61,284 bases of DNA from assembly GCA_036497045.1 (NCBI GenBank), contig DASXKD010000048.1, forward strand, positions 1 to 61,284. The letters are read 5' to 3'. The notes below the pieces were generated by a model. The model was given only the letters and a program-made list of their open reading frames with translations, was not told the origin of the DNA and searched no databases. The DNA is from Streptosporangiaceae bacterium. GTDB lineage: Bacteria > Actinomycetota > Actinomycetes > Streptosporangiales > Streptosporangiaceae. The position numbers and the translations under genes were made by a program. Below, piece by piece: positions 53,285 to 61,284 of this stretch; position 1 is the stretch's first letter; the number at the start of each line of letters is the position of its first letter.

Positions 53285-53350
53285 CCGGGACCGCCGCGGG
53301 CTGCAACAAGCCCAGCGCCAGCGGCCGTGCGGCGCAGTGCGCCCGGCGCG

Positions 53351-54085
53351 TCAGTGGCCGCCGTACTCGTCGTGGCGGCGCAGCCACAGCTGAGCGTGGT
53401 CTGTCTCGTTGCGGCCGAGCGGGGTGCGGTCGAGCAGACCGTAGTAGACCATCATGAACTCCAGCCCGCGCGCGGTGGTGGAGTAGGTCAGGTAGACGGT
53501 CCCGTCCTCTAGCGTGTAGGAGTTCATGATCGGCGACTCCGACACGTAGACGGCGGGCTCGGTGCCGCACTCCTGCGCATTCTTGGCGGCGACCGGGGGA
53601 ACACCGCCGGCCAGCCACCCGCGGGCGGTCTCCGTCGGGTGGGCGATCTCCAGGTCGAAGGCGTAGTCGCTGCCATAGGAGGAGGCCCAGGGGAAGTCCC
53701 AGCCTAGCCGCTGCCTGAACGCCTGCAGCTTGTCCAGCGGCGCCCGGGAGATGCAGGTGAACGTCGTGTCGCGGGCGTTCAGGTGGGCGACGTTCCCGTT
53801 GAAGCCGTCGGCGATGGACGAGCAGGTCGGGCACCCCGCGGTGTAGTCCGGGCCGAACATGAAGTGGTAGACGATCAGCTGCGACCGCCCGTCGAACAGT
53901 TCCTGCAGCGTCCTGGGCCCGGCGTCGGTGTCAAAGCGGTACTGCTTCCCGATCGGCACCCAGGGCAGGTTGCGCCGCTCGGCCGCCAGCTGGTCGCTGC
54001 GGCGGGTCAGTTCCTTCTCCTTGGCGAGCAGCTCGCTGCGGGCAGCAAGCCACTGCTCGCGCGTCCCGATCTGGTGACTGGGCAC
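53351..54085 (-). CDS. DUF899 thioredoxin-fold protein (CPTC motif)
   Basis: REQWLAARSELLAKEKELTRRSDQLAAERRNLPWV...LIVYHFMFGPDYTAGCPTCSSIADGF...HLNARDTTFTCISRAP. Confidence 0.85.
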   Translation of the reverse strand: MPSHQIGTREQWLAARSELLAKEKELTRRSDQLAAERRNLPWVPIGKQYRFDTDAGPRTLQELFDGRSQLIVYHFMFGPDYTAGCPTCSSIADGFNGNVAHLNARDTTFTCISRAPLDKLQAFRQRLGWDFPWASSYGSDYAFDLEIAHPTETARGWLAGGVPPVAAKNAQECGTEPAVYVSESPIMNSYTLEDGTVYLTYSTTARGLEFMMVYYGLLDRTPLGRNETDHAQLWLRRHDEYGGH

Positions 54086-54151
54086 GGACCTCTCCCTTTC
54101 TCTTTTTCTTTGCCAGGACGATCGACCGTGGCCAGCGCCGCCCCGGACCTG

Positions 54152-54841
54152 TCACATCGGCGGGGCAACGCCGGGAACCGACGCGGGCAGGACGACGATC
54201 CATACCCCAAGCCCGGTGATCGCCAGCGCCAGCAGCAGATCCACGGCGGGAATGGGCGGCAGCAGCTTCTGGGCGAGGACGATGATGGCGATCACCACCA
54301 TCCAGGTGACGCTCATCACGCCGAGGGCCACAAGCACCGCCATCAGCCCCGCGCTCGACCCGACGCAGCACAGCCCGAACCCGAATCCAGAGGCGGCGGC
54401 ATCCCGGCAGCGCTGACGGTACTGCCGCTTGAGCGGCGTGAACTCGTAGACGCCTGCGGCGATCGTCACCACACCGGCGACGAGGGTCCCGTGCGGCCGG
54501 TCCACCGCGTACACCAGCACACCGGCCAGCGCCCATACGGCCAGGTACGCGCCGACGAACAGCGGCACGGCGCGGGCACCGCCGTCCTGGGCGCGCCTGA
54601 GCACGGCCGGGGCGGCGCCCGGCAGCATCATCGCCGCCATCATGGCTGCCCACAGGGCGATGAAGAAGCCGAACGAGCCGGGCGGCGTCGCCGTGCCCAT
54701 GTTCATCCCGTTCATCTGCCAGACCGAGACCGCCCAGCACGCGGCGGCCAGCCCGAGCGTCGCCGCCAGGGCGGCTGCCGTCGCGACCGCCCCGGCACCG
54801 GCCGGGGCGGCGAACCTGCGGCCAGACCCGACGGCGGTCAT
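54152..54841 (-). CDS. DUF2182 predicted metal-binding integral membrane protein
   Basis: Start taken at the ATG at 54841, which shares one nt with the upstream stop (TGATG). WQMNGMNMG...FFIALWAAMMAAMMLPGAAP...GFGFGLCCVGSS. Multi-TM. Confidence 0.8.
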   Translation of the reverse strand: MTAVGSGRRFAAPAGAGAVATAAALAATLGLAAACWAVSVWQMNGMNMGTATPPGSFGFFIALWAAMMAAMMLPGAAPAVLRRAQDGGARAVPLFVGAYLAVWALAGVLVYAVDRPHGTLVAGVVTIAAGVYEFTPLKRQYRQRCRDAAASGFGFGLCCVGSSAGLMAVLVALGVMSVTWMVVIAIIVLAQKLLPPIPAVDLLLALAITGLGVWIVVLPASVPGVAPPM

Positions 54842-55563
54842 CAGTTCCTCCCGGCGCCGGGGTCGTCTCCATCGGCATCGTCGTAGGCGTCGTGCCACCG
54901 CCACCAGGAGTACGGCGGGGCCTGGGGATAGCCGTCCGGCGAGTCCTCCCACGCCTCCTGCCGCCCGAGCGCGGTGAGGTCCAGGTAGCTCCAGGTGCTC
55001 CCCAGCGCCTCGTCGCCACGGTTGTTGACGAAGTAGGTGCGGAACACCTGGTCGCCGTCGCGGAAGAACGCGTTCGTGCCGTGCCATTGGTCCACGCCGA
55101 AGTCGGCATCGAAGTCGTCGGTCATGGTGTACCAGGGCATCGTCCAGCCCATCCGCGCCTTCAGGCGCGCGATATCGGCCTGCGGTGCGCGCGAGGCGTA
55201 GGCGAACGTGGTGTCCCTGGCGTTCAGATGCGCGACGTGGGCAACCTGGTCGGCCATCAGCGAACAGCCGGGACAGGCGTGGTCGGGCCAGCCGTGCACG
55301 CCCGGCTCGAAGAAAGCGCGGTAGACGACGAGCTGGCGACGGCCCTCGAACAGGCCGGGCAGACTCAGCTTGCCCCTGGGCCCGTCAAATACGTAGTCCT
55401 TCTGCACGGCCAGCCACGGCATCCGCCGGCGCTCGGCCGCCAGCGCATCACGGGCCCGGGTCAGTTTCTTCTCCTTCACCAGCAGCCGCTGGCGCGCGGC
55501 CTCCCAGTCCTGCGGCGTGACGATCGGTGGGGTCTTCATGGTGGTGCTTGCCTTTCTGTTCAC
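54841..55563 (-). CDS. DUF899 thioredoxin-fold protein (CPGC motif)
   Basis: PQDWEAARQRLLVKEKKLTRARDALAAERRRMPWL...VVYRAFFEPGVHGWPDHACPGCSLMADQV...HLNARDTTFAYASRAP. The GTG at 55563 overlaps the ArsR stop (GTGA). An alternative ATG is at 55539. Confidence 0.85.
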   Translation of the reverse strand: MNRKASTTMKTPPIVTPQDWEAARQRLLVKEKKLTRARDALAAERRRMPWLAVQKDYVFDGPRGKLSLPGLFEGRRQLVVYRAFFEPGVHGWPDHACPGCSLMADQVAHVAHLNARDTTFAYASRAPQADIARLKARMGWTMPWYTMTDDFDADFGVDQWHGTNAFFRDGDQVFRTYFVNNRGDEALGSTWSYLDLTALGRQEAWEDSPDGYPQAPPYSWWRWHDAYDDADGDDPGAGRN

Positions 55564-55937
55564 TGTCCTCGGGTTTCGTGCAGCGGGGCCGTTGCAGGCT
55601 CGCGCGAATCGCGTTCGAGGTGGGTCTGCAGTGCCTCCAGTGGGCTGTCCCAGTCGCGGGCCAGCGCGGCCAGGAACTGCTGCGCCACCTGCATCGGCGC
55701 GGAGTGCAGCCGGTAGCGCACCCGGCGCCTCTCCCCCGGCTCGGCGCGCACCAGGCCGGCCTCGGCCAGCAGGGCCAGGTGCTTGGCGATCGCCTGCCGG
55801 GTGATCGGCAGCCGGCTCGCCAGGTCCGTGGCCGTGGCCGGCCCGGCGGAGGCCAGCGCCGCCAGGATGGCGCGCCTGCTCGGGTCGGCCAGCGCCACGA
55901 AGACCTGTTCGGCGATCGCCTCGATATCAGGCGGCAT
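55560..55937 (-). CDS. ArsR/SmtB-family transcriptional regulator
   Basis: VFVALADPSRRAILAALASAGPATATDLASRLPITRQAIAKHLALLAEAGLV. Confidence 0.85.
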   Translation of the reverse strand: MPPDIEAIAEQVFVALADPSRRAILAALASAGPATATDLASRLPITRQAIAKHLALLAEAGLVRAEPGERRRVRYRLHSAPMQVAQQFLAALARDWDSPLEALQTHLERDSREPATAPLHETRGQ

Positions 55938-56361
55938 CGAGGTAGGCGGCCAGCTCGGCCAGCTCGCTCGCCCAGCCCCCGGTGTTGCCGTCGAAGGCCG
56001 TCTGGTGAGCGTTCTCCGACAGCTGGGCGAAGCCGCTCTCGACCACCTTCAGCCGGGTGCCCGCGCCGGCCGGTTCGAGGGTGAACTCGACATAGGTACG
56101 GCGCGGATCGTCCTCGGGCAGCCCGTAGATGTGCCAGGTGAACCCGAACACCCGCGGCTCCTCCACCCGCTCCACGCGCATGTTGGCCGTATGGCCTTCT
56201 TTGATCCACTTCATCTGGGCTGACCCACCAGGGCGCAGGTCGATCGTGGCCGTGTTGCCGAACCAGGCGGCCAGGCCCTCGGCCGTGGTCAGCGCCGTCC
56301 ATACCTTCTCCGGCGGGGCGGCGAGCTCCACGGTCCGTTCGATGCGATCAGGAAAACCCAC
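55927..56361 (-). CDS. SRPBCC/AHSA1-family protein
   Basis: GTG at 56361 after GGAGG. IERTVELAAPPEKVWTALTTAEGLAAWFG...VFGFTWH...VEFTLEPAGAGTRLKVVESGF. Confidence 0.8.
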   Translation of the reverse strand: MGFPDRIERTVELAAPPEKVWTALTTAEGLAAWFGNTATIDLRPGGSAQMKWIKEGHTANMRVERVEEPRVFGFTWHIYGLPEDDPRRTYVEFTLEPAGAGTRLKVVESGFAQLSENAHQTAFDGNTGGWASELAELAAYLDAA

Positions 56362-56369
56362 GGCGGCCT

Positions 56370-56420
56370 CCAACGAGTAGCAACTGATTAGTTGCGATGA
56401 TATAGCAACCAAGTGGTTGC
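56370..56420. promoter_or_regulatory. Two perfect palindromes with GCAAC/GTTGC arms (candidate ArsR operators)
   Basis: GCAACT-GATT-AGTTGC (56370-56385) and GCAACC-AAGT-GGTTGC (56405-56420). They lie directly upstream of the SRPBCC-ArsR operon start. Confidence 0.6.
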
Positions 56421-56456
56421 GTCAATCGTGCCGATCGCCGCGGCGCAGCGATCCGG

Positions 56457-57248
56457 TTACGGGTGCGCTGACAGGTCAGTGATCGCCAGGAATCGTTCGA
56501 TCATGGCATTCACCTGGTCAGGGACTTCGAGTTGGATGAAGTGACCGGCCCCGACCGTCTGGCCGATCGTGATCGCCGGGCAGGCCTGGCGGAGATCGGC
56601 AGCGGAGTTGGCCGGGCCGGCCGAGCTGATCGACAGCACCGGCACGGTGACACTGCCCAGCACCGCCGCCCCGTCGAACTCACCCATCGCCCGCAGCACA
56701 TCCGCCGCGATCCCTGGGGCCGTCGCTGGGAAAGCCTCGATGATGGCTTGCCTGCGGGCGACATCGGTGGGCAGGAACATCCCCGCCGCGAACGCCGTCC
56801 GCCAGGACCCGTCGACGTCGGCGCGGACGGCATCCACCGATTCACGGAAGAACGCCTTGGCAGGCTCGTTCGTAATCGGCGCCGGGTCCACCATCATCAG
56901 GGCGCGGATCGCCCCTGGGCGGGCGGCGCACACCAGTCCGGCCAGCGCGCCCAGGCTGTGCCCTACCAGCACCGGCTGGCCGAGCCCGGCCGCTGCGGCA
57001 ACTGCGAGCACGTCCTCAGCCAGCACAGCAAGGTCATAGGCACCTGGGCCAGGCTCTGGCCTGTCGCTTTCGCCGTGCCCTCGCAGATCCACCGTCGCGA
57101 CAGCATGACCGGCAGAGAAATGCCTGACCTGCGGGGTGAAGTACGAACGGTCGCAGCACCAGCCATGAACGAAGACCATCGGCGGGTCACCAGCACCGGC
57201 AACGTCATACGCCAGGCGCACGCCCGGCACCGACGCGAACCGCGTCAT
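56457..57248 (-). CDS. Alpha/beta hydrolase
   Basis: The ATG at 57248 overlaps the SDR stop (ATGA). MVFVHGWCCD and the nucleophile elbow LVGHSLGA. Confidence 0.85.
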   Translation of the reverse strand: MTRFASVPGVRLAYDVAGAGDPPMVFVHGWCCDRSYFTPQVRHFSAGHAVATVDLRGHGESDRPEPGPGAYDLAVLAEDVLAVAAAAGLGQPVLVGHSLGALAGLVCAARPGAIRALMMVDPAPITNEPAKAFFRESVDAVRADVDGSWRTAFAAGMFLPTDVARRQAIIEAFPATAPGIAADVLRAMGEFDGAAVLGSVTVPVLSISSAGPANSAADLRQACPAITIGQTVGAGHFIQLEVPDQVNAMIERFLAITDLSAHP

Positions 57249-58030
57249 CCCCGCTCCTGGCTGCGTTCTCTCTGCTGGTAGCCGGCGGTCATCCCGCCGT
57301 CCACCAGCAGCGTGGTCCCGGTAATGAACTCGGCCTCGGCACTGGCGTAGAACACCGCGGCAGCCGCGACGTCCCCGGCCTGGCCGATCCTGCCGATCGG
57401 CGGAACCGGCCAGTCGCCGCTGTCCTCGGTCCGGTCCTGGGCGCCCGGCGGGCCCATGTGCCGCATGCCGGGCCAGATGTCGCCGGGGCACAGCACGTTC
57501 GACCGGACACCGTCCGGGCCGCCGTCCAGTGCGAGCATCTTGCCCAGCATCACGACGGCGGCCTTGGTCACCGAGTACAGGCCGGTCGCCTGCTCGCCCC
57601 AGATCCCGGCGTCCGAAGCAATGTGGATCATGCATCCGCGGGCCCGGGCCAGGTGCGGGTAGGCGTGCTGGGCGTAGAGCAGGTAGCCGCGGACGTTGAC
57701 GTTCATGACGCGGTCGTAGTCGGCAAGCGGGGTCTCGATGAGCCGCGCAGTCACCCCGACCCCGGCGTTGTTGACCAGCACATCCAGGCCACCCAGATGG
57801 TCCACGGCGTCGCCCACCGACGAGGCTACCGCGGCCGGATCGGCGGCGTCGGCTGCGATGAACCGGGCAGCCTCTGGCCCCAGCGCCTGCCCAGCGTGCT
57901 CACCGAGGCCGGGATCGCGCCCGGTGATCACCACCCGCGCGCCCTCTTCCAGGAACCGCCCGGCTATCGCCAGGCCCAGGCCGGTGGTACCGCCGGTGAC
58001 CAGCGCACGCTTGCCCTCCAGCACACCCAT
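57245..58030 (-). CDS. SDR-family oxidoreductase
   Basis: Cofactor motif ALVTGGTTGLGLA. Also NNAG and the catalytic YSVTKAAV. Confidence 0.9.
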   Translation of the reverse strand: MGVLEGKRALVTGGTTGLGLAIAGRFLEEGARVVITGRDPGLGEHAGQALGPEAARFIAADAADPAAVASSVGDAVDHLGGLDVLVNNAGVGVTARLIETPLADYDRVMNVNVRGYLLYAQHAYPHLARARGCMIHIASDAGIWGEQATGLYSVTKAAVVMLGKMLALDGGPDGVRSNVLCPGDIWPGMRHMGPPGAQDRTEDSGDWPVPPIGRIGQAGDVAAAAVFYASAEAEFITGTTLLVDGGMTAGYQQRERSQERG

Positions 58031-58150
58031 GGCCGTTCAGTCTAGGAGCCGGTCATCACGGCTGAAGCCCGGCCCGGTCTGCCGGTGCGCGCGAACATGC
58101 CTGCGGCAAGACCACGCCGGTGCGGTCAGCGCCGCCAGCGGGGCGCGTGG

Positions 58151-58765
58151 TCAATAGCCGGTCCAGACCAGCAGGATCGTGGATGCCACCAGGAGACCCG
58201 CCATGGCGCCGTTGAGGATGCGCCGGGCGCGCGGTGTCCGGAGGAAGCGCTGGAGCGCGGCGCCGAACGCCAGCCAGGGCAGGCAACTGGGGAAGGCCAC
58301 CAGCGAAAACAGGATCGCGAAGATGGCCGCCTGAGCCAGGGCACCGCCGGCGCGCCGGTCCAGGAAGGTGGCGATGGCCGCGACCCCGATCAGCCAGCCC
58401 TTGGGGTTGACCCACTGGAAGGCCGCCATGCCGAGGAATCCAGTGGGTGCGTTCGTGGCCCCTTCGGCGCCTCGCGCGGTCGCGATCCGCCAGGCCATCC
58501 AGCAGAGCATCGCCGCCCCGCCCCACTTCAGGATCTCCAGGGCCTGGGGGTGAGCAAGGAGCACGTTGCCCAGTCCCAGGGTGATGGCGAACAACATCGC
58601 GCCCATCCCGGTCACCTGCCCGAGCAGGCTCGCGAGACCGCGCCGGACACCGGCGCTTGCACCGACAGCGGTCAGCAGTGCATTGCTGGGGCCCGGGGTC
58701 CCAGCAACGACCGCCGAGAACGCCACAAACGCGATCATCTGGGCGGGGTCATGTATGACAGCCAT
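58151..58765 (-). CDS. LysE/RhtB-family amino acid exporter
   Basis: Start taken at the ATG at 58765 within ORF 58151-59386. FVAFSAVVAGTPGPSNALL...FQWVNPKGW. Confidence 0.8.
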   Translation of the reverse strand: MAVIHDPAQMIAFVAFSAVVAGTPGPSNALLTAVGASAGVRRGLASLLGQVTGMGAMLFAITLGLGNVLLAHPQALEILKWGGAAMLCWMAWRIATARGAEGATNAPTGFLGMAAFQWVNPKGWLIGVAAIATFLDRRAGGALAQAAIFAILFSLVAFPSCLPWLAFGAALQRFLRTPRARRILNGAMAGLLVASTILLVWTGY

Positions 58766-58789
58766 GCGCCGCTTTCGTAGATTCGATCT

Positions 58790-59782
58790 ATGGCCCTCAG
58801 CCTGGATGATGCGGCCGGCGCTGGTCTTGAACGATCGTGCGGCCCAGACGAGTGGGTAGACGCCGCCGGGCCGGTGGATGGAGTGGAACTGTTCCGTGCT
58901 CGCCTGCGCGGCCGCCCGTTCAGCCGGCACCGGCACGATGTCTACGCGATCGGCGTCACCGAGGAGGGGGTTCAGGCGTTCGAGTACCGGGGCACGGTTG
59001 AACGCAGCCTCCCGGGACAGGTCTTCGTGCTGCACCCCAACGAACTGCACGACGGCAGGGCCGACGGGCCTGGTTTGTTCGGCTACCGCCAGATCTATGT
59101 CAACCCGGACCGGATCGCCTCCGCACTGCCGGCCCTCACCGGGCGGCCGGTCTCGCTGCCCTTCGCTCCCCCGGTGATCGACGACCCGGTCCTCGCGCGT
59201 GTGGTGCGGACAGCGTTCGCGCGTGCGCCAGAGCCGCTGGCACTTGACGCTCTGGTGCTTCGGCTGGCGGAGGGCCTGCTCCGGCCCGGTGCTGCCGGAC
59301 TCACCAGCACCCTGCGCTGCCGGGTCGACCTGCCCGCTGTCGCGCGTGGCCGCGATTACCTGCGGAGCCGGCTGGCGATAGTTCAATCGAGCGAGGTCGA
59401 GGCGGTCACGGGCCTGGACCGCTGCCAGTTCGCGCGCCAGTTCCGTGCTGTCTACGGGACCAGCCCGTACCGGTATTCGGTGATGCGGCGTCTCGACGTG
59501 GCCCGGGGCTGGCTACGCGAGGCGCGGCCGCTGGCGGAAACGGCGCTCGAGGCTGGCTTTGCCGACCAGGCCCACTTCACCCGGACGTTCAAAGCGGCGT
59601 TCGGCATGACGCCTGGCCGGTACGTGAAGCTCTGCGCGGCCCGCGCCGGCGACGGAGTTGCCCGTCCGGCCACCCTCGCACGTGGTACGTCGAACCGCCC
59701 GGAGGAGACTGTTCCAAGTTGCTCATCGGGCCACCGGGCTCCCCGGGAGTCACCCCATGACCATCTCTTCGCCGGAGCCTGA
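58790..59782 (+). CDS. AraC-family transcriptional regulator (cupin-like N-domain; start uncertain)
   Basis: FSRHRHDVYAIGVTEEG is the N-domain. The C-terminal HTH pair is QFARQFRAVYGTSPYRY...AGFADQAHFTRTFKAAFGMTPGRY. Lies only 24 nt from the divergent LysE start. Confidence 0.8.
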   Translation: MALSLDDAAGAGLERSCGPDEWVDAAGPVDGVELFRARLRGRPFSRHRHDVYAIGVTEEGVQAFEYRGTVERSLPGQVFVLHPNELHDGRADGPGLFGYRQIYVNPDRIASALPALTGRPVSLPFAPPVIDDPVLARVVRTAFARAPEPLALDALVLRLAEGLLRPGAAGLTSTLRCRVDLPAVARGRDYLRSRLAIVQSSEVEAVTGLDRCQFARQFRAVYGTSPYRYSVMRRLDVARGWLREARPLAETALEAGFADQAHFTRTFKAAFGMTPGRYVKLCAARAGDGVARPATLARGTSNRPEETVPSCSSGHRAPRESPHDHLFAGA

Positions 59783-61284
59783 CGGCGCGGGATCTGGCAG
59801 GCGCATCATGCGGAACGAGATGATCAGCCCAGTCAGGCCGGCGAGTATGGGCACGAGCAGGGCCACCTGAAGGGCGATGTGCCTTGCTTCGGTGTTGATC
59901 CTGATGATCTCGTCCTGGGTTTTCTGCGGCTGACCGGCGAGTTGCTTGTTGAGTTGCGTATTGCTCACCACTTCGGCGTCATGTTGCAAGGTCTTCGCGA
60001 CCTGCTGCTGTTCGGCCTTGGAAAGCACAGTGCTCGACTGGGCCATGCTGGTGAAGGTGCTGGACAGCGCGGCCAGCAGGATGGCACCGGCGAACGCCAG
60101 CCCGAACGACAGGCCGAACGATCCGCCCGCCGAGTTCACCCCGGCGGCCTCGCTGACACGTTCCTCGGCAATCGGGGCCAGCGTGTAGTTGTTGAGCTGA
60201 GAGACCAGCAGGCCCAGCCCCGACCCGGCGATCATCAGGGGCACCGCCAGGTACCAGCCCGAAGTCGCCCGGGGCACGATCGGCTCCACGATGATCATCC
60301 CGAGCGTGAACAGGGCAAATCCCGCCCGGATCAGGCTCGCCGGGCGCCGCTTTCCTCCTCTTCTGCCGGCCAGCAGGGCCACTGCGAACATGCTGAGCGA
60401 CAGCGGAGCAATGGACAGGCCCGCCCCCATCGCGCTGTACTCGAGCACGATCTGCAGGTAGATCGGGAGCGCGATCATCGTGCCGCCCAGCGCGATCTGC
60501 TGAAGCAGCTGCCCGGAGACTCCGAACCTGAACAGCTTGGCCTTGAATAGGTCCGGGTCCAGCAGCGTCGCCTTGCCCGCACGCTTGCGCCGTACCAGCC
60601 ACCACGCCAGGCCCCCGAGTGAGACTGCCCCAAGTGCGAAGAGCAGGCCTACCGCTTGACCGCCTTCTTCCCAGACCAGGATGCCCAGCACGATGCCGCC
60701 CATGCCCAGCACGGACAGGATGGCACCCACCAAGTCCACCTGCCGGGACCCGGTGTATTTCACGTCGTGTACCAGCCTGATGCCGGACAGCACGACCGCG
60801 ATGATGACGTCCTCAAGCAGAAACGCGATCCGCCACGACAGGTAGGTCGTGATGAACCCGCCCAGCAAAGGGCCGACCGCGGCGGCGATCGCGGCCGCGG
60901 CCCCCACGAGCGCGTAGGCCTGCCGCTGGGCCGCGCCCTCGAAGTTGCCGTGGATCAGTGACTGCATCGACGGCAGCAGCAGCGATGCACCGATCCCGCC
61001 CACGATCGCCCAGAAGACGATGACCGCGGTCAGGCTCTGCGCCAGCGCCATGGCCAGGGCGCCGATCGCGTAACCGAGCAGGCCAAGCACGTACGCGCGC
61101 TTGCGCCCGATCAGATCGCCCACCTTGCTGCCGATCAGGATGAACGCCGCCGACACGAGCGCCTCGAGCGCGATCGCGGACTGGACCCCGCTGACGGTCG
61201 TGTGCAGGTCGTGGACCACTGACGCGATGGAGACGTTCATCACCGATGTGTCCACGACCAAGACGAACATCGCCATCGCCAGCA
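59750..61284 (-). CDS. MFS drug:H+ antiporter (DHA2/EmrB-QacA-like, 14-TMS type); 5' end off the window
   Basis: GSKVGDLIGRKRAY, LLPSMQSLI, multiple TM segments, and a C-terminal soluble tail. The frame stays open to the window edge. Confidence 0.85.
   Translation of the reverse strand, partial: LAMAMFVLVVDTSVMNVSIASVVHDLHTTVSGVQSAIALEALVSAAFILIGSKVGDLIGRKRAYVLGLLGYAIGALAMALAQSLTAVIVFWAIVGGIGASLLLPSMQSLIHGNFEGAAQRQAYALVGAAAAIAAAVGPLLGGFITTYLSWRIAFLLEDVIIAVVLSGIRLVHDVKYTGSRQVDLVGAILSVLGMGGIVLGILVWEEGGQAVGLLFALGAVSLGGLAWWLVRRKRAGKATLLDPDLFKAKLFRFGVSGQLLQQIALGGTMIALPIYLQIVLEYSAMGAGLSIAPLSLSMFAVALLAGRRGGKRRPASLIRAGFALFTLGMIIVEPIVPRATSGWYLAVPLMIAGSGLGLLVSQLNNYTLAPIAEERVSEAAGVNSAGGSFGLSFGLAFAGAILLAALSSTFTSMAQSSTVLSKAEQQQVAKTLQHDAEVVSNTQLNKQLAGQPQKTQDEIIRINTEARHIALQVALLVPILAGLTGLIISFRMMRLPDPAPSGSGEEMVMG

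Overview
Very GC-rich, actinomycete-type chromosomal segment. By eye I found no rRNA, tRNA, CRISPR array, transposase or integrase. About 60 ORFs look like real genes. Most other six-frame ORFs are Arg/Pro/Gly-rich shadow frames caused by the GC content. The gene content is accessory. There are many one-component regulators: LacI, MerR/TipAL-like, TetR x2, MarR x2, ArsR, AraC, a LAL-type LuxR, an HD-GYP-LuxR fusion, an ECF sigma with a zinc-finger anti-sigma, Lsr2 and a LexA paralogue. There are transporters (APC permease, MFS x2, LysE) and many small-molecule enzymes: alpha/beta hydrolases, SDR, Fe-ADH, acyl-CoA dehydrogenase and ligase, F420/LLM oxidoreductase, P450, methyltransferases, two APH-like kinases, MsrB, and S53/S33/M24 peptidases. 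The most interesting signal is a composite DNA-damage-type promoter at 11746-11794. It has a RecA-NDp/PafBC-like TTGTCGGAC-N8-TACAGT followed by a perfect TCGAAC-N4-GTTCGA LexA box. It faces a tightly spaced three-gene module (12162-18729): an unknown membrane protein, a 1440-aa CHAP + GH73 glucosaminidase protein with huge Pro/Ala linkers, and a second unknown membrane protein. I read this as a candidate SOS-wired cell-envelope remodelling or autolysis system. Other notable items: a codon-atypical LexA paralogue with no canonical SOS box, sitting in a zone of gene decay; a triplicated stop/start junction between the anti-sigma and sigma genes; a P450 with apparent stop loss and no EXXR motif; an ArsR-controlled SRPBCC-DUF899-DUF2182-DUF899 operon; and a TetR-controlled DinB/kinase/methyltransferase cluster with twin operators. 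All domain calls come from motif recognition by eye. No HMM or BLAST search was run.
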